Shown here piece after piece: positions 29,866 through 43,622 of a DNA stretch of 64,000 bases. Under the pieces are notes generated by a model. The model was not told the DNA's origin. It ran no database searches and saw only the letters and a list, made by a program, of their open reading frames with translations. The position numbers and the translations under genes were made by a program. The DNA lies in the NCBI RefSeq assembly GCF_009914755.1, contig NC_060939.1; one strand, given 5' to 3'. How positions within the stretch are numbered: the stretch's first letter is position 1; each line of letters opens with the position of its first letter. The DNA is from the human T2T-CHM13v2.0 reference genome, Homo sapiens.

Positions 29866-30888
29866 TCCATTAAGAAACATATTTTATATAATTATCATGA
29901 AAAAATTTAAAGCCAATCTATTAGAATTTGAAGGAAAAGCGGACATAATCACAATCACAGTGAAAGAGCTTAATCAGCATGTCTTGTGTTTGAAAGATCA
30001 ATTTGATCAAAATTATATGATGATATAGAATATTCTGATAATAAAATCAATAAAGATTTTTAATAGCTACAATTTTTTAACTTTGCAGTTCAAACACAGT
30101 TTACATATTATTCCCAATATTTCTAGAGAATTTATAAAAATTAATTTTAAATCAGAAATAGAACATGTGACATTCTTTTGTGACAATTCAAAACGAAGTT
30201 TTTGAGCAAAAGTTGGAAACAAAAATTTATTCAAAGAAATCCAAACACTTGGGAATTCAAAAATACTTTTTAAAACAACACACTAATATTAAAAAGGAAA
30301 TAATGGTCCCTGTTCTGAGATGAACTTTTTTATAATTCACACAAAGTCACCCTATGTGCTGGTAGCAGCCAGGCTGTGGGCTGTGGTCATGCTGTTTGTG
30401 CATTCTTCCTGGGAAAGAGATGGTGGGTGCCCTCTCCCCCTAGCTTCCCATCTCTATCTGGAGTTTCTATTATTCCTCCCTGCCTGCCAAGGACTTAAGG
30501 TCCTGCAGTGGGAAGTCAAAGCACATGTTTTCTTCTCAACGCCTACTGAAATTCACTTTGACATTTTTATGCTCCCACAGTTTGAAGTCTATTTATTTTG
30601 GAAGATTGGCTCTTTATGTATTATTTCAAAACTCTTGTATGACCCCAACATAGCAGTAACCTTTTTATTTTCTATCTTTTTCTATGTGATCCCTTTCCTA
30701 AAGCTGCAGACTTTAAATGTTCTAGCCATGAATTGGCTGAATCTAAGAAGGGCAAGATAAGAAGAAATTTAAGAGAGTATTTCTATAAAATGATAATATA
30801 AAATCCAATTTTTATTCTGCAACATGAGAACAATCTTGATTTTTTAAAAATCCAACATATCACACACACATGAAAATTAGGCCAATCT

Positions 30889-31646
30889 CACCTAAAAATA
30901 TAGACGTAAATATATTCATATATTGTATATTATATGAACATATATTAACATTATGTGACCACCTAAAAATATAGATGTAAATATATTCATATATTGTATA
31001 TTATATTAACATATATTAACATATGTGACCACCTAAAAATATAAATGTAAATATATTAATATATTATATATTATATTAACATATATTAACATACATGATC
31101 ACCTAAAATTGTAGATGTAAATATGTCAGTATATTGTATATTATATTAACATATATTAACATACGTGATCACCTAAAAATATATGTAAATATATTAATAC
31201 ATTGTATATTATATTAACATATAGTAACATATGTGACCACCTAAAAATATAGATGTAAATACATTAAATATTGTATATTATATTAACATATATTATCATA
31301 CATGATCACCTAAAATATATATGTAAATATATCAATATATTGTATATTATATTAACATATATTAACATATGTGATCACCTAAAATATAGATGTAAATACA
31401 TTAAAATATTGTTTATTACATTAACATATATTATCATACATAATCACCTAAAATATATATGTAAATATATCAATATATTGTACATTATATTAACATATAT
31501 TCACATGTGATCACCTAAAAATATAGATGTAAATACATTAAAATATTGTATATTATATTAACATACATTATCATACACGATCACCTAAAATATATATGTA
31601 AATATATCAATATATTGTATATTAACATATATTAACATATGTGATC
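30889..31646. repeat. AT-rich minisatellite, 11 units of 65-71 bp
   Basis: cacctaaaa recurs at 30889, 30960, 31030, 31100, 31170, 31238, 31307, 31376, 31445, 31512 and 31582. Confidence 0.95.
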
Positions 31647-32042
31647 CAGAAAAAATATATTAACAAATATAATTCAGAGGTATACAAAAGGGAATAACAA
31701 GATATGCCACAAACTGGCAAAAATATTGATAATCATTGAAGCTGAATATAAGGTTCACTATGCTTTTTTCTCTACTTTTGCTTATTTTTGAAAATGTTCA
31801 TAATAAAATCATTTTAAATATTCAGACCATGTTAAGGTAGTTTACTCCATTACATTATAAAATGGTTCAATATTAGGAAATCTTTTTTTATAGTTCATCA
31901 CATGAAAGGGGAAAAAAAAGAAAAGATATTTGATATTGAACATTTATTCCTGAAAAAGCTCTTAGTCAACTAGGAAAATGCGGTATTTTGTTAAAATGAT
32001 AAAAATATTTTAAGCTAGCAGACATCATATTTACAGATAGAG

Positions 32043-32292
32043 GCAAGCACTTATAGAGGACATATTGAATGTCCTCTATAAGTATTTTACACATGTACGT
32101 GTATTTAGTTTTCCCAAACAATCCATGAGTAACATACTGTTGCTATCACCTCTTTACAGGTGATGGAGTCAAGAACAGAGAAGTTATGTAACTTGCCCAA
32201 GTTCACACAGCTAATCAACAGAGGAGCTGGAATTAGGATGCAAGTACTTTGGCTCCAGAGTTTCTCTCTCAACCAGTGTGCCTTGGCACCTC
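32043..32292 (-). mobile_element. MIR (source of the inverted duplicate)
   Basis: ctttacaggtgatgga...gtaacttgcccaagttcacacagcta...tggctccagag. Confidence 0.85.
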
Positions 32293-32849
32293 CCTACACT
32301 GTGCTCACCTGTAGTACAACTCCAGAGAATTTATCATTGCCATCAGGACCACGTCGGAATGACCCATGATCATCACAGCTGTTCAGTATTTTTCTGAAAG
32401 CTCTAGCAATTAAATAGCACAAAAAAAGATGCAGAAATATTAGAAAGAACCTGACCAAATACCACTATTTGAAAGTAAGAAAATCATTTCCCTGGGAAAT
32501 TCAGGATAATCAATTGGAAAATTATTAGAACAAATTAGCAAATATGAAATAAGTCGTTCACGAAAGAATGTTTCCTACATTCCAGAGATAATTAGTTAGA
32601 AAGCATAATGAAAAATAGTTTCCCTTAGGAATGGCAAGAGAAAAATATGAAATGCCTAGAAATAAAGATAACAGTACACATGCTGTTCATAAATGAAGGA
32701 AACCACAGATTTTTATTTAAAAATATAAAATATGACTGGAAAAATTATAACACATGCCACGTTCCTGGAGCCAAATTTTCCATATCACAAAGATCTCAAT
32801 TTCTCAAAATTAATTTACAAAGATGACACAACTCCAGTTACAATTCCAG

Positions 32850-33212
32850 TGATATGGAGTAAATTGTGTCACCTCAAAATCCATATGTAAAAGCCTTAAC
32901 CCTCAATGTGATTTATGAGGATGAGGCTCTAATCCAATAAGACTGTAGCCTTTTAAAACTGGGAAGAAAGATCTCTCTTTCTCCCTCTCGCTCTCATGTT
33001 CCCACAACACCCCCATCCCCACCATGTGAAGACAAAGTGAGAAAATGGCCATCTACAAGCCAAAAAGAGGGCCCTCACCTGAACCCAACCCTGTTGGCAC
33101 CATGATCTCAGCTTTTCAGCCTGCAGAACTGTGAGAACATTGATTTCTGTTGTTTAAGCCACCCGGTCTATGGCATTTGATTGTGGCAGCCTGAGCTGAG
33201 CTGATTAATACA
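32850..33212 (+). mobile_element. MLT1A-type solo LTR
   Basis: tgatatgg...ccatgtgaagacaaagtgagaaaatggccatctacaagcc...ctgttgtttaagccaccc...taataca. Confidence 0.85.
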
Positions 33213-33483
33213 CCCAATAAGGTTTTCTGTTTAAATATTTAACACAATTGTTCTTAAGTTCATCCAAAAGACTAAATTCTTCGGAGTTATATTCTAGAAA
33301 ATTATCACTTGGCAACTCTCGTAGTAATAATTGATTCATGGAAGAATCATTAATGGATGCTAAAACTAGTGGTGAAATCTTGATGGGCAATAGAATATTT
33401 ATAGAATTTCCAAGGATTTCCCCACATGATATTTATTAATTACAAAGGGAAACTAATAACTTAATAGTAAAAAAGCCTGGTAT

Positions 33484-33692
33484 GAGGTGCCAAGGTACAC
33501 TGGTTGAGAGATAAACTCTGGAGCCAAAGTACTTGCATCCTAATTCCAGCTCCTCTGTTGATTAGCTGTGTGAACTTGGGCAAGTTACATAACCTCTCTG
33601 TTCTCGACTCCATCACCTGTAAAGAGGTGATGGCAACAGTATGTTACTCACTGATTGTTTGGGAAAACTAAATACACGTACATGTGCAAAAT
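33484..33692 (+). repeat. Inverted copy of 32084-32292 inserted into the L1MC4
   Basis: Base-by-base reverse complement: 209 bp, 8 mismatches, no indels. Confidence 0.95.
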
Positions 33693-34206
33693 GTTATCAC
33701 TAAGCTATCACCTTCACTAGTAATATAACAAAAAGATTTGCTATGTCTCCTAATAAGATGCACTGAGAAGAACACAGCATCACTTCTGTGATATTCCTGC
33801 CCCAAACTGCACAACTGGAGTCTAAACATGAGGAAACATCTGACAAATCCAAATCCAAATCGACAAACATCCTCAAAATAACTGACCTGCACCTTTCAGA
33901 AAAAGTCAGATTTTTGAAAGACAAGGGAAGACTGAGGAATTCTTCAAAAAATAAAAAAGACCACAGAGATATGACACCTGAATGTAGTGTATGATCTGGG
34001 ATTTTCTTTTGCTACAAAAGACATTATTGGAAAATTCAGCAAAATTGAACAAGGTGTGTAGATTGGCTAATAGTATTGTATCAGTGTTGCTTTTTTGTGG
34101 TTACATAAGAGATTGTTCTTGTTTTTAGAAAATATACCTTGAAGTACTCAGGGGCAAAGGGACTTCATTTCTGCAACTTACCTTCGGAAAGTTAAAAGGA
34201 AAAAAA

Positions 34207-34395
34207 ATACACACACACACATATGACTTGAAATGTGAAATGTTACACACGTGTGTATACACACACACGTGTACGCACACACACGTGTGTATACACATAT
34301 ATACACACACACATATATGTTCCAAGAGGTGATATTTCCAGAAACATGGTATATGTCCTAATTATGTATGGTAGTAAGGCATGGTATATGTCTTA

Positions 34396-34450
<55 letters not shown>
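34207..34450. repeat. Compound (CA/TA)n and (TG)n(AG)n microsatellites
   Basis: Interrupted CA/TA run at 34207-34320; (TG)x~20 then (AG)n at 34398-34450. Confidence 0.9.
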
Positions 34451-35514
34451 AAGTACATGTTGTAAAATGTTAAAACTTAGAAAATCTGCTGAAAAATACA
34501 TGGAACTTTTTTGGTGCTCTTCTTGCAACTCTCTGTAAATCTGAAATTACATCAAAATACAAAGTTTAAAATAAGGGTTGCATCCCAAGGATAGCTTTAG
34601 CTCCAAGTTGTGATGGGGACACCTAACTGTTGTCCTCATTCTCAGATTGAAACTATTCTTAGAATCAAACACTTTTATAAATGCATATGTGCACACATAC
34701 CTATAAATTTGGATATATGCAAACATGCATAAATCTAAATTATGAAAAAATGGACCTTATTTTTCCTAGAAATCATTATAACCATGTTATAATCCTTAAT
34801 TTTATTCCTATATAAGAATTTGATATCAACATGTATCTCTGACAAAAAAAATATATCAAACAAAAACATAAGGAGACTAAGACTTTTAACTATTTTAAAT
34901 TACAAAAGTAAACTCTCAGATCTAAAAACAGGCACCATTATATTATGCATGCATTGTCTAAACAGATTTCCTATACAGCACCATGTGGTGGGACAGTGTG
35001 GGCATTAGAATCACCCAGCTGTAATTCCAACCCTGGGCCTAAAACTCACCGCACTTGGACAAGTCACTGCCCTTCCATCTACCCTAAGTCAGATTACATC
35101 TTTCCAGAACTCTCCCCTGAACATGCCTTTCTCCATCCTGAACTCTTTCAACATTGATCAGGATGCACCTCTGATTTTTAGCATTTCATGGCTTTCAATG
35201 TTGTTCTATTATTTACAAGTTTCACGATGAAGTAACTCTTTTTCAAAAATAAAATAGAATTATAACAGTTTTGAAAAAAATCTTTAGCTTCAATGAAGTG
35301 AGAGGGTCAGATGGATAATGAAAACTAAATGTGTGTGTTTGTCTAAGAAGAAGCGGGTTTAGGAATTAAGATTTGATCTCTGGAATCATAAATCCTCAAG
35401 CCCTCAAGATTAGAAAGGACCTTAAAAGTGATTCTTTTCGGCTATGTTCCCACCCAGAAGTATTCAGATTATACCAGAATACGTGCAGTGATAGAAACTT
35501 ATTACCACTACAGG

Positions 35515-35686
35515 TAATAAGAATAATTAAGCATTCATCATGCATCAAGCCCTGTGCTAAGCCTTTTGCACACATTATTTCATTTAACCCTCACAACAAC
35601 CTCAAGAGGCAGACACTAGGATTCCCATTTTACAGAAATAGAAAGTAAGGCCAAAGTGGTTAAAAAACTTGTCCAAGATCACAGAG
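35515..35686 (-). mobile_element. MIRb
   Basis: ctgtgctaagcc...catttaaccctcacaacaacc...cccattttacaga. Confidence 0.8.
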
Positions 35687-36027
35687 TTGGCCTTTGAAGG
35701 AGCATAGATTATAGAGCAACTTAAAGTTTGGGCAGAAGTCGAAGCTTGAGGCAGAAAAAAAAAAAGTGTCAGGGAACAAAAGGCCAGCGGGAAAGGAAGG
35801 GGGATGAGTGCCAATCTGGGATGTGAGTGTTCAACCAAGAGGCTACCTTCTAAGAAGGGTAAGGTTGGTGCCAAGGTAATAGCATCCGGGAATTCTGCAA
35901 ACACAATTTGGGTTGCCCAAGTGCATGTGAAAAGTTCTTACATCTGTGCAGTGTGCCTAGGAATCAAAGGAAAAAGACCCCAGTTTTTCAGAGATTCAAG
36001 AATTAAGAGGAAAATTATAATAAACTG

Positions 36028-36238
36028 GAAGCATGCTATGGTGTGGGAAGCACAGGTGTTGGTGTTGGACGGACCCACTTACCACCTGTGTAAGCTGGGC
36101 AAATAATTTCACCTCTCAACCTCAGCTTCTTCAACAATAAAATGAGAATAACAGTAGTTACTTCAGAGCATTTTATAGGATTCAATAGTTAATATATGTA
36201 ACATTTCTAGCATATAATAGTTACCTAGTAATAATAGT
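36028..36238 (+). mobile_element. MIR
   Basis: ccacttaccacctgtgtaagctgggcaaat...taaaatgagaataacagta. Confidence 0.7.
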
Positions 36239-36878
36239 TCTTTTCCTTCATTCTTCCTCAGAAGAAAGAACCATTATCTCCAAGTGCCTCAATCAAGGAG
36301 GACATTAAGAGAGGCCTAGATATTTGAAGATGGTAGATATTAGTAGAAGGCTAGAGGAAGATAAGTAATTATTTAAACCCACACCAGCCGACAAGGGCAG
36401 CAATAAGCCTCCCAGCTGGGCTTGCTAAGATGTAGCCAGTCTTGAAGGGCAGAGGTGACAGAGGCTTGCCGAGCACACGGCCCAGCATCCAGGCCCTCCA
36501 CTCCATGATGTGAATACCATGGGTCAACCAGTTCTCTTGTCTACCTGCCCACTCCTGACCACTTGCTCCTGGAGCTCTCCCACTTGCTGCCTTATTTGTT
36601 TGGCTTGTTCTGGTTTGTTTTTAATCGGATCTCACCTAGCCCAGAACCTTCAGCTACCAATGAGGTCTTAGCTGTGGACCGTGAATATGGCTATTAGAAT
36701 CGTAGTGGCCTCATTACACAGAGAGGGAAAATCGGGCCCTGTAAGGGGCAAGAGCTAACCAGAGATCACAGAGACAATTATGATCATATCCATATCATAT
36801 CCAGGAACGGAACACACACGTCTTGACTTCTAGAGTCTCCTCAGGACACCTTTTGAGTACTTTGAAAAACAAAGATCT

Positions 36879-37179
36879 GGCTGGGTGCAGTGGTTCACAC
36901 CTGTATTCCCAGCACTTTGGGAGGCCAAGGCAGGCAGATCACTGGAGGTCAGGAGTCCAAGGCCAGCCTCGCCAACATGGTGAAACCCACCTCTACAAAA
37001 AATACAAAAATTAGCTGGGCGTGGTGGTGGGCACCTGTAATCCCAGCTACTCAGGAGGCTGAGGTAAGGGAATCCCTTGAACCTGGGAGGTGGAGGTTGC
37101 AGTGAGCCGAGATCACTTCACAGCACTCCGGCCTGGGCGACAGAGTGAGACTTAGTCTCAAAAAAAAAAAAAAAAAAAA
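36879..37179 (+). mobile_element. AluSx
   Basis: Full dimer with poly-A; TSD gaaaaa(c/t)aaagatct. Confidence 0.93.
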
Positions 37180-37589
37180 GGGAAAAATAAAGATCTCTAG
37201 TTCTCATTGATGATAAGGATGAGGGCAGAAAACAGTTCCCAGGAAAATGACAGCAGGAACGCCTGTGGGCTGGCCTCTGATTAAAGGTTAACTGACCCAC
37301 GCAGACAGGCAGATTCATGCATCACACATGTGTGTACATGCTCCAAGCTCTCCAGTACAGTAAGTCCATTGGGCAGGGGCACTGCTGTTCATCATTATTC
37401 TCTACAGCCAATGCAGCACTGAGTCCAATGCTGTCACGTGCTCAGAAAATAATGGTTGAGCTATATTAGGCTTCTGTTTCAGTTTTGGAGAATGTCCTCT
37501 GGCTCTTTCAAATTAACTTCCTCTTTCAAGAGAACAGAGAGAGACACCTACAAAAAGATGAACAGCAAAGCATAGAAAGGTAGAAAGTG

Positions 37590-37902
<313 letters not shown>

Positions 37903-37962
37903 CTAAAACTACAAGGTCAACACTTTATTCATTATATATTCATCTAGCACTCTGCAGTGGAG

Positions 37963-38149
37963 CAGAGTTACTCAAGGTGTGGTCCACAGATCAGCAGCTT
38001 CAGCTTTTCTGGGAACTTTTTCAAAATGCCAATTCCAGGACCTCACTCCAGATGTCCTAAATCTCAGTCTCTCATAGTTAGGCCCAGGAATCTGTACTTT
38101 AAACAGTGCTCCAAGGGATTCTTATGCACACCAAAGTTTGAAGCCACTG
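37963..38149. mobile_element. MER5A
   Basis: ctcaaggtgtggtccacagatcagcagc...ggcccaggaatctgtacttt...gattcttatgcacaccaaagtttga. Confidence 0.85.
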
Positions 38150-39562
38150 CAGTGGAGGACAGAGGGAATGTGAATTGAGCTCCTCTGCCAAAAATCAACC
38201 AAAGAGAAGAAAGGGCCCGACCGAGACCAGCATGGCTGTGCAAAGGATTAGCTCATATCCTGATCACCATTTTCGTTCTGCATACTTAGTAGCCGAGGAG
38301 TGAGAATGGATATCCCCTCCCCTGCACCTCCACCCAAATACAAAGACAGTAATGGAAGAGTGCATATCATTGTCATGACTTGCAAGTTGCCTTTATGGTG
38401 GGCTTTTTTAATTTGGTAGATTATGTTTTGCTCATTCATTTTCATTTGAAATGAGATTGATCCAGCCATTTCTGTAAGCAGAATGTTAAATGCAACCAAT
38501 GTGGATGTTCTGATACAACTGTGGTTAAGGCACCCTGCATAGTCATCACAGTTCCAAACTGCCCAGCAAATCTTCAGCAAATCGCTAATGCTAGAGACAA
38601 GCGAAGGAAGCAATGGACATGTCGATAAATCATGAAACCTGTTTGTACCAAGTGAGAAACCCAGTCAATACTAAATCTCTGAAATGCTCTTTAACTCTGC
38701 CAAAAAGAATAGGCATGGTTAATTGCATTTCCAATTTAGGCAATTGTTAGAATTTGCCAGTTACACGTCATCATTCTATAGGATGAAAATAGACATAAAA
38801 AAAGCTTCCAGATTTTAAAAAAAAAGGTTAGCTTTCTACGTGTGTGAACTGATGGGGTGACCACAAAAGTCAATTCAGAGACAAAACAAAATTCCATTAG
38901 CATGGAAGAAACAAGTAGAGGCAGCCTGAACTTGAACTCATCATGGATAACCAAGGCCCAGTGGTCACTCTCAATGTTGTGATTCTTTTGTTGTACTTTG
39001 CATTGAATCGGAATGGGGTTAAGAAATTTTTTAAAAACTTTGATGAAACCTCTACTACTCTGATGGTGTATAGCTGTTATGAAATTTCAGTTGTTGATCA
39101 TTTTGCAGGAAGCTAATATTTTAGCATTTCAAGAACAAGTGGGGAAGGAAAGAGATTGGACCTGAAGTTATAGAATCTCATTATTTAAAATGGCCTCATT
39201 TCACCCAGCTCAACTCCTCACCTTATAAATAAGGTTACGGAGGTTCAGGAAGAGGCGGTGGCTCACCTAAGTTCCCACAGTGCAAAGTGATGGAGCTATG
39301 ACTTCCATGCGCCCAGGTCTAGGCTCTCCCATTAATAACTTCATTGTGACAGGTTTTACCTTTAAGATTTTTAATTTCAGGGCCAGAGTACGCTGCTGCC
39401 TTATTTTTCCAGCATCACCAGCTGCCCCAAAGGCAATTTTCCAGATGAATGAATCTAACCCTTCTTAAGTACCAGATTTTGAAGCACTTTGGGGATGAAA
39501 ATATTTCTAAAATAAATTGCTCTTGCCCCACCACATTCCTAAACCAAATATTAAAGGTAGTT

Positions 39563-39805
39563 TGCTAGGCAGAGCACTGGCCCCCAAAGGTGTCCACATT
39601 CTAACATGTTAATATGTTAGTTTACATGGCACAAGGGACTTTGCGGATGCAATTAAGTTTAGGATCTTGAGATGGGAAGATTATCCTAGATTATCTGGGT
39701 AGGCCTGATGTAATCACAAGGGTGCTTGTAAGAGGGAAGTCAGGGTCAGAGAAGGAGATGGGATGACCTGACAATGGAAGCAGAGGTCAGAGTGATGTGG
39801 GTCAC
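39563..39805 (+). mobile_element. MLT1D-like LTR, 5' part
   Basis: ttacatggcacaagggactttgcggatg...cttgagatgggaagattatcctagattatctgggt. Confidence 0.8.
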
Positions 39806-39809
39806 AGTA

Positions 39810-40490
39810 TCTCTAGAGGGAGTAATGTTTAAACTGAGACTTTAAAGAGGAACAGAAATTTACCAGGCAAAGAGGAAGTTTTAAGGAAAATCATTAAAGG
39901 CAGAGGAAACAGCATGTGCGAAAGCCCAGTTTTTGGCAAGTGTGGGACTAATTCAAGGAATTAAAAGCTGATGGCCAGCATGGCTGAACTAAAAACCACA
40001 AGGGATCTACCAAAAAAAGTGAGGGCTAGATCCTGAATGGCTTTGTAGACCATCTGAAGAATGACGAACGTTATTCCAAGGGCAATGGAAAGCCAGTGGA
40101 GGGTCTTATTAGAGTTACATTTTGAAGTGGTCAGTTTGACATCGTGGTAAAGAGTCGACTGAAGAAGGTGCAGCAGCAGAAGTAGGTAGCAATCCTGAAG
40201 AGGGACAATGCGATGTACTTAAGGAAGGGTGAAGGCAATGGGCATGGAAACAGAGGATAGACCTGAGTGGTCTTCAAACATCATAATCAACAGACCTGTA
40301 TGACTATTAGGTATGGAGAGTAGGGGAGAAGGTGGAATCACGGATGTCTGCAAAGGGCTTCCAGTTTAAACAACTAAACAGAGAGTAATGCTATTTCAAA
40401 CAGAGGGGACACTGGAAGAGAAGAAGGTTTGGTCATTTGGGAGAGGGAAGATGATAAGGACAGCCAGCTTTGGACACACTGCTTTTAAAA
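39810..40490 (-). mobile_element. L2
   Basis: ggcagaggaaacagcatgtgcgaaagccc...agggcaatggaaagccagtggaggg. Confidence 0.7.
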
Positions 40491-40499
40491 TCTAAAGGT

Positions 40500-41125
<626 letters not shown>

Positions 41126-41149
41126 TCTAAGTTGAATTTCAAATACATA

Positions 41150-41980
41150 TACAAATAGACTTAAAATACGTATCTTCCTAAAAGAATAGAAAGCATGAGA
41201 TAATGCCAAGCAGGAGAAAACAATAGAAAGAAGTGGATTTAAGAGATAAATTAGAATTCCTGACAAAAAACCTTCAACAGGCTAAAGTGGGTTATTTTGT
41301 GCTGAAGAAAGATACCATGCAGAATGAATTTAGAATGATCATAAACATTTATGTATTAAATGTCATAAAATCATATAGAATTTTAAAACTAGAAATATGA
41401 AGATAAATTGATAACTAAAATCAGAAAAAGAAACAAAATGTCTGCTTTTAACAACTGTAGAATAAAACAACAGGAAATAAACTGCATAATAAAGTCTTGT
41501 TTTAGTTATAGAAAATAATAAACTTCATAATTTACAGTCTATTCATCCTTTTCAAATAAATGTGGAACATTTATTTTAAGATTATGTTCTAGGGCAAAAT
41601 GAAAATTAAATAAATTTCCCAAAGTTAAAACAATATTTACTCTTCTCCCAAAACGATGCAAAATTGGAGTTAATATTTAGAAAGCAATTGCTTGGAAAAT
41701 TTTTTTTAATCTATGAGAGAAAATCTAAATTGCAATTGTATATTGTTTGGATAATAACAGCAGGGACACAGTTATTTTCCATATCATATATTCCATATCA
41801 AAACTAGTGACTAAAAGAATATGGAGATATATTCCATATCAAAACTAGTGACTAAAACTGTGCTTGTAATATCTATAGCCTTAAGTGTTGTTATTTACAG
41901 AAAGAAATAATTTAAACAATGACTAAACCTCCCTCAAGATCAAAAAGCTAAAAATGAAAGCAAGAAAATAAATCCAAGGC
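41150..41980 (+). mobile_element. Old L1M ORF2 remnants
   Basis: A-rich, with atcataaacatttatgt and tgtggaacattta motifs. Confidence 0.45.
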
Positions 41981-43622
41981 AGCATTTACCAAATTGTTTT
42001 TTATGAAATATGAGTCAAAGCTCCCGTGTTCACTAGCAACACACACTTTGAGAAGGAAGGGGGAGTTCCATCCTTACGCAGTTGGTAAAACTTTTAATAG
42101 TATAACCTCTCTTGGTTAATCACCAGTATAGGTTAGCATGTTACAACTCTGAAAATTTTTACATTTAACTTTATTTAATAGCACAATAACAGCATCATCT
42201 TACCTAAGAAGTAAAAATATAAATTGGGATAATTTTTGTTGAGATAAATTTGTCAATATGTATCTAAAGACTTACAATTTCATGATAATTTGACTCCTGG
42301 GAAAATACTCTAAAGACGTGTGCAAATACCTAGCCAAAAGGACTTTATAAGCATTATTTTAGTGGTAGAAATTGAAATACTCTAAATGTACAGAAATCAG
42401 AGATCAAGGACTGATTTATGGATCAGCTGTTCAGTAGCATCCTATGTATCCATTCACATTCCTTTTGATACATTTATAATTAGGTGGGAAAAGCAGCTTA
42501 CAAACTCAACACACAAAGTCTCATTCTTGTAAAATGCCTTATTTAAAAAAAATTAAAACGTCATGAAAAAGATACAGAGATTTCCAAGTAAACCTGTCCT
42601 TGATATCAGGAGAATTAGTTCCTAGTTCTAACTATATTTAGCTGCATTATATGGGAAAAATAAAGTCCCTAGATCCAACCCCTTATCTGAGGGGATTGAC
42701 TTAAACTATCTCTCCCAGATTTAATAAAATATTACAATTCTTGTATTCTATGAATTCAAAATGATAAAATCATTTTCGGTACATACTATAATAAATTCAG
42801 ATCTCAGTATTTATATTTTGTGAATGACTGCTTTGTGCAAATCACTATGGTATAGACCAGATCAGGGGGGTGCCTACTTTTCAAAGATCTGATGCAATCC
42901 CCCAACTCAAAGGTATACTAACGGTCAACTTACAGTAAACCAACTTTTATCTTATGGCAAAGGAAGAAAGCAGAGTGTTAATCCATTCAACCATCTACAC
43001 TTGAAGACAGTTGAAGAAATATTATTTTGCAGATAAAGCCAAGATGAAACATGAGTTCTGGTTATTTCACATCATAGTTTTAATAGCTCTGTTTGTTCCA
43101 TTCCTCAACTTTCAGGTTAGTTTAATTCAGCCAAATCTAATTATTGCAGCTTTCCAAGGTACATGGTATATTTATTTAGCAATCTGTGTAACAATCTTCT
43201 CCCTTAAAAAATGATTTCTTATCTTTCTCTAAGAATAAGAATTTCGAGAGTTTTAATTAAAGCTTCTAAAATTTAAAAGATATCTGATTCTTTGTTCTCT
43301 TTCATTCTTTTTGTTTTTTTTTCTCATTTCCCTTATTTCTGAGCTCGAAATTCAATTTTCAGTTTCTAGTGTCTCAATGTTCTGCAGTGATCAGATAATT
43401 TTCCCTTGAATTTATAAGTGTGATGTAAATTACACTGTGTTTCAGGCAGTGGAGACGTTATTTTCTCTAGGCTGACTAACTCCTTGTGGGGAACTGGGAG
43501 TCAGGAGTCTTGACTTGAGTACCCGCCTTGCCACTGTGTACAAGTCACTTCCCATCCCAGGTTTCAATATTCATATCTGTTATTTAACACAAAAGGGAGG
43601 CAGAAAAGTAGGGAGCTTGTTC

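Larger units (their letters stand above)
29150..32040 (+). mobile_element. Old L1M ORF2 (EN to RT) remnants hosting an Alu, a VNTR and other inserts
   Basis: aaatataaatgtattaaactcctcagttaaaaagg (NVNGLNSPIKR-like); aggccaatctcacctaaaaatatagacgtaaa (RPISLxNIDxK-like). Confidence 0.65.
33330..34570 (+). mobile_element. L1MC4-like 3' UTR
   Basis: gatgcactgagaagaacacagcatcacttctgtgatattcctgcc...catgaggaaacatc; ends ttcttgcaactctctgtaaatctgaaatta. Confidence 0.8.

Noticed and set aside
30320-30760. 146-aa hydrophobic ORF in a non-ORF2 insert within the old L1
   Set aside because: No recognisable domain; T-rich composition explains the hydrophobicity; probably another old repeat fragment.
30889-31646. 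Regularly spaced repeats as a CRISPR-like array
   Set aside because: Whole units repeat with no unique spacers; this is a eukaryotic minisatellite.
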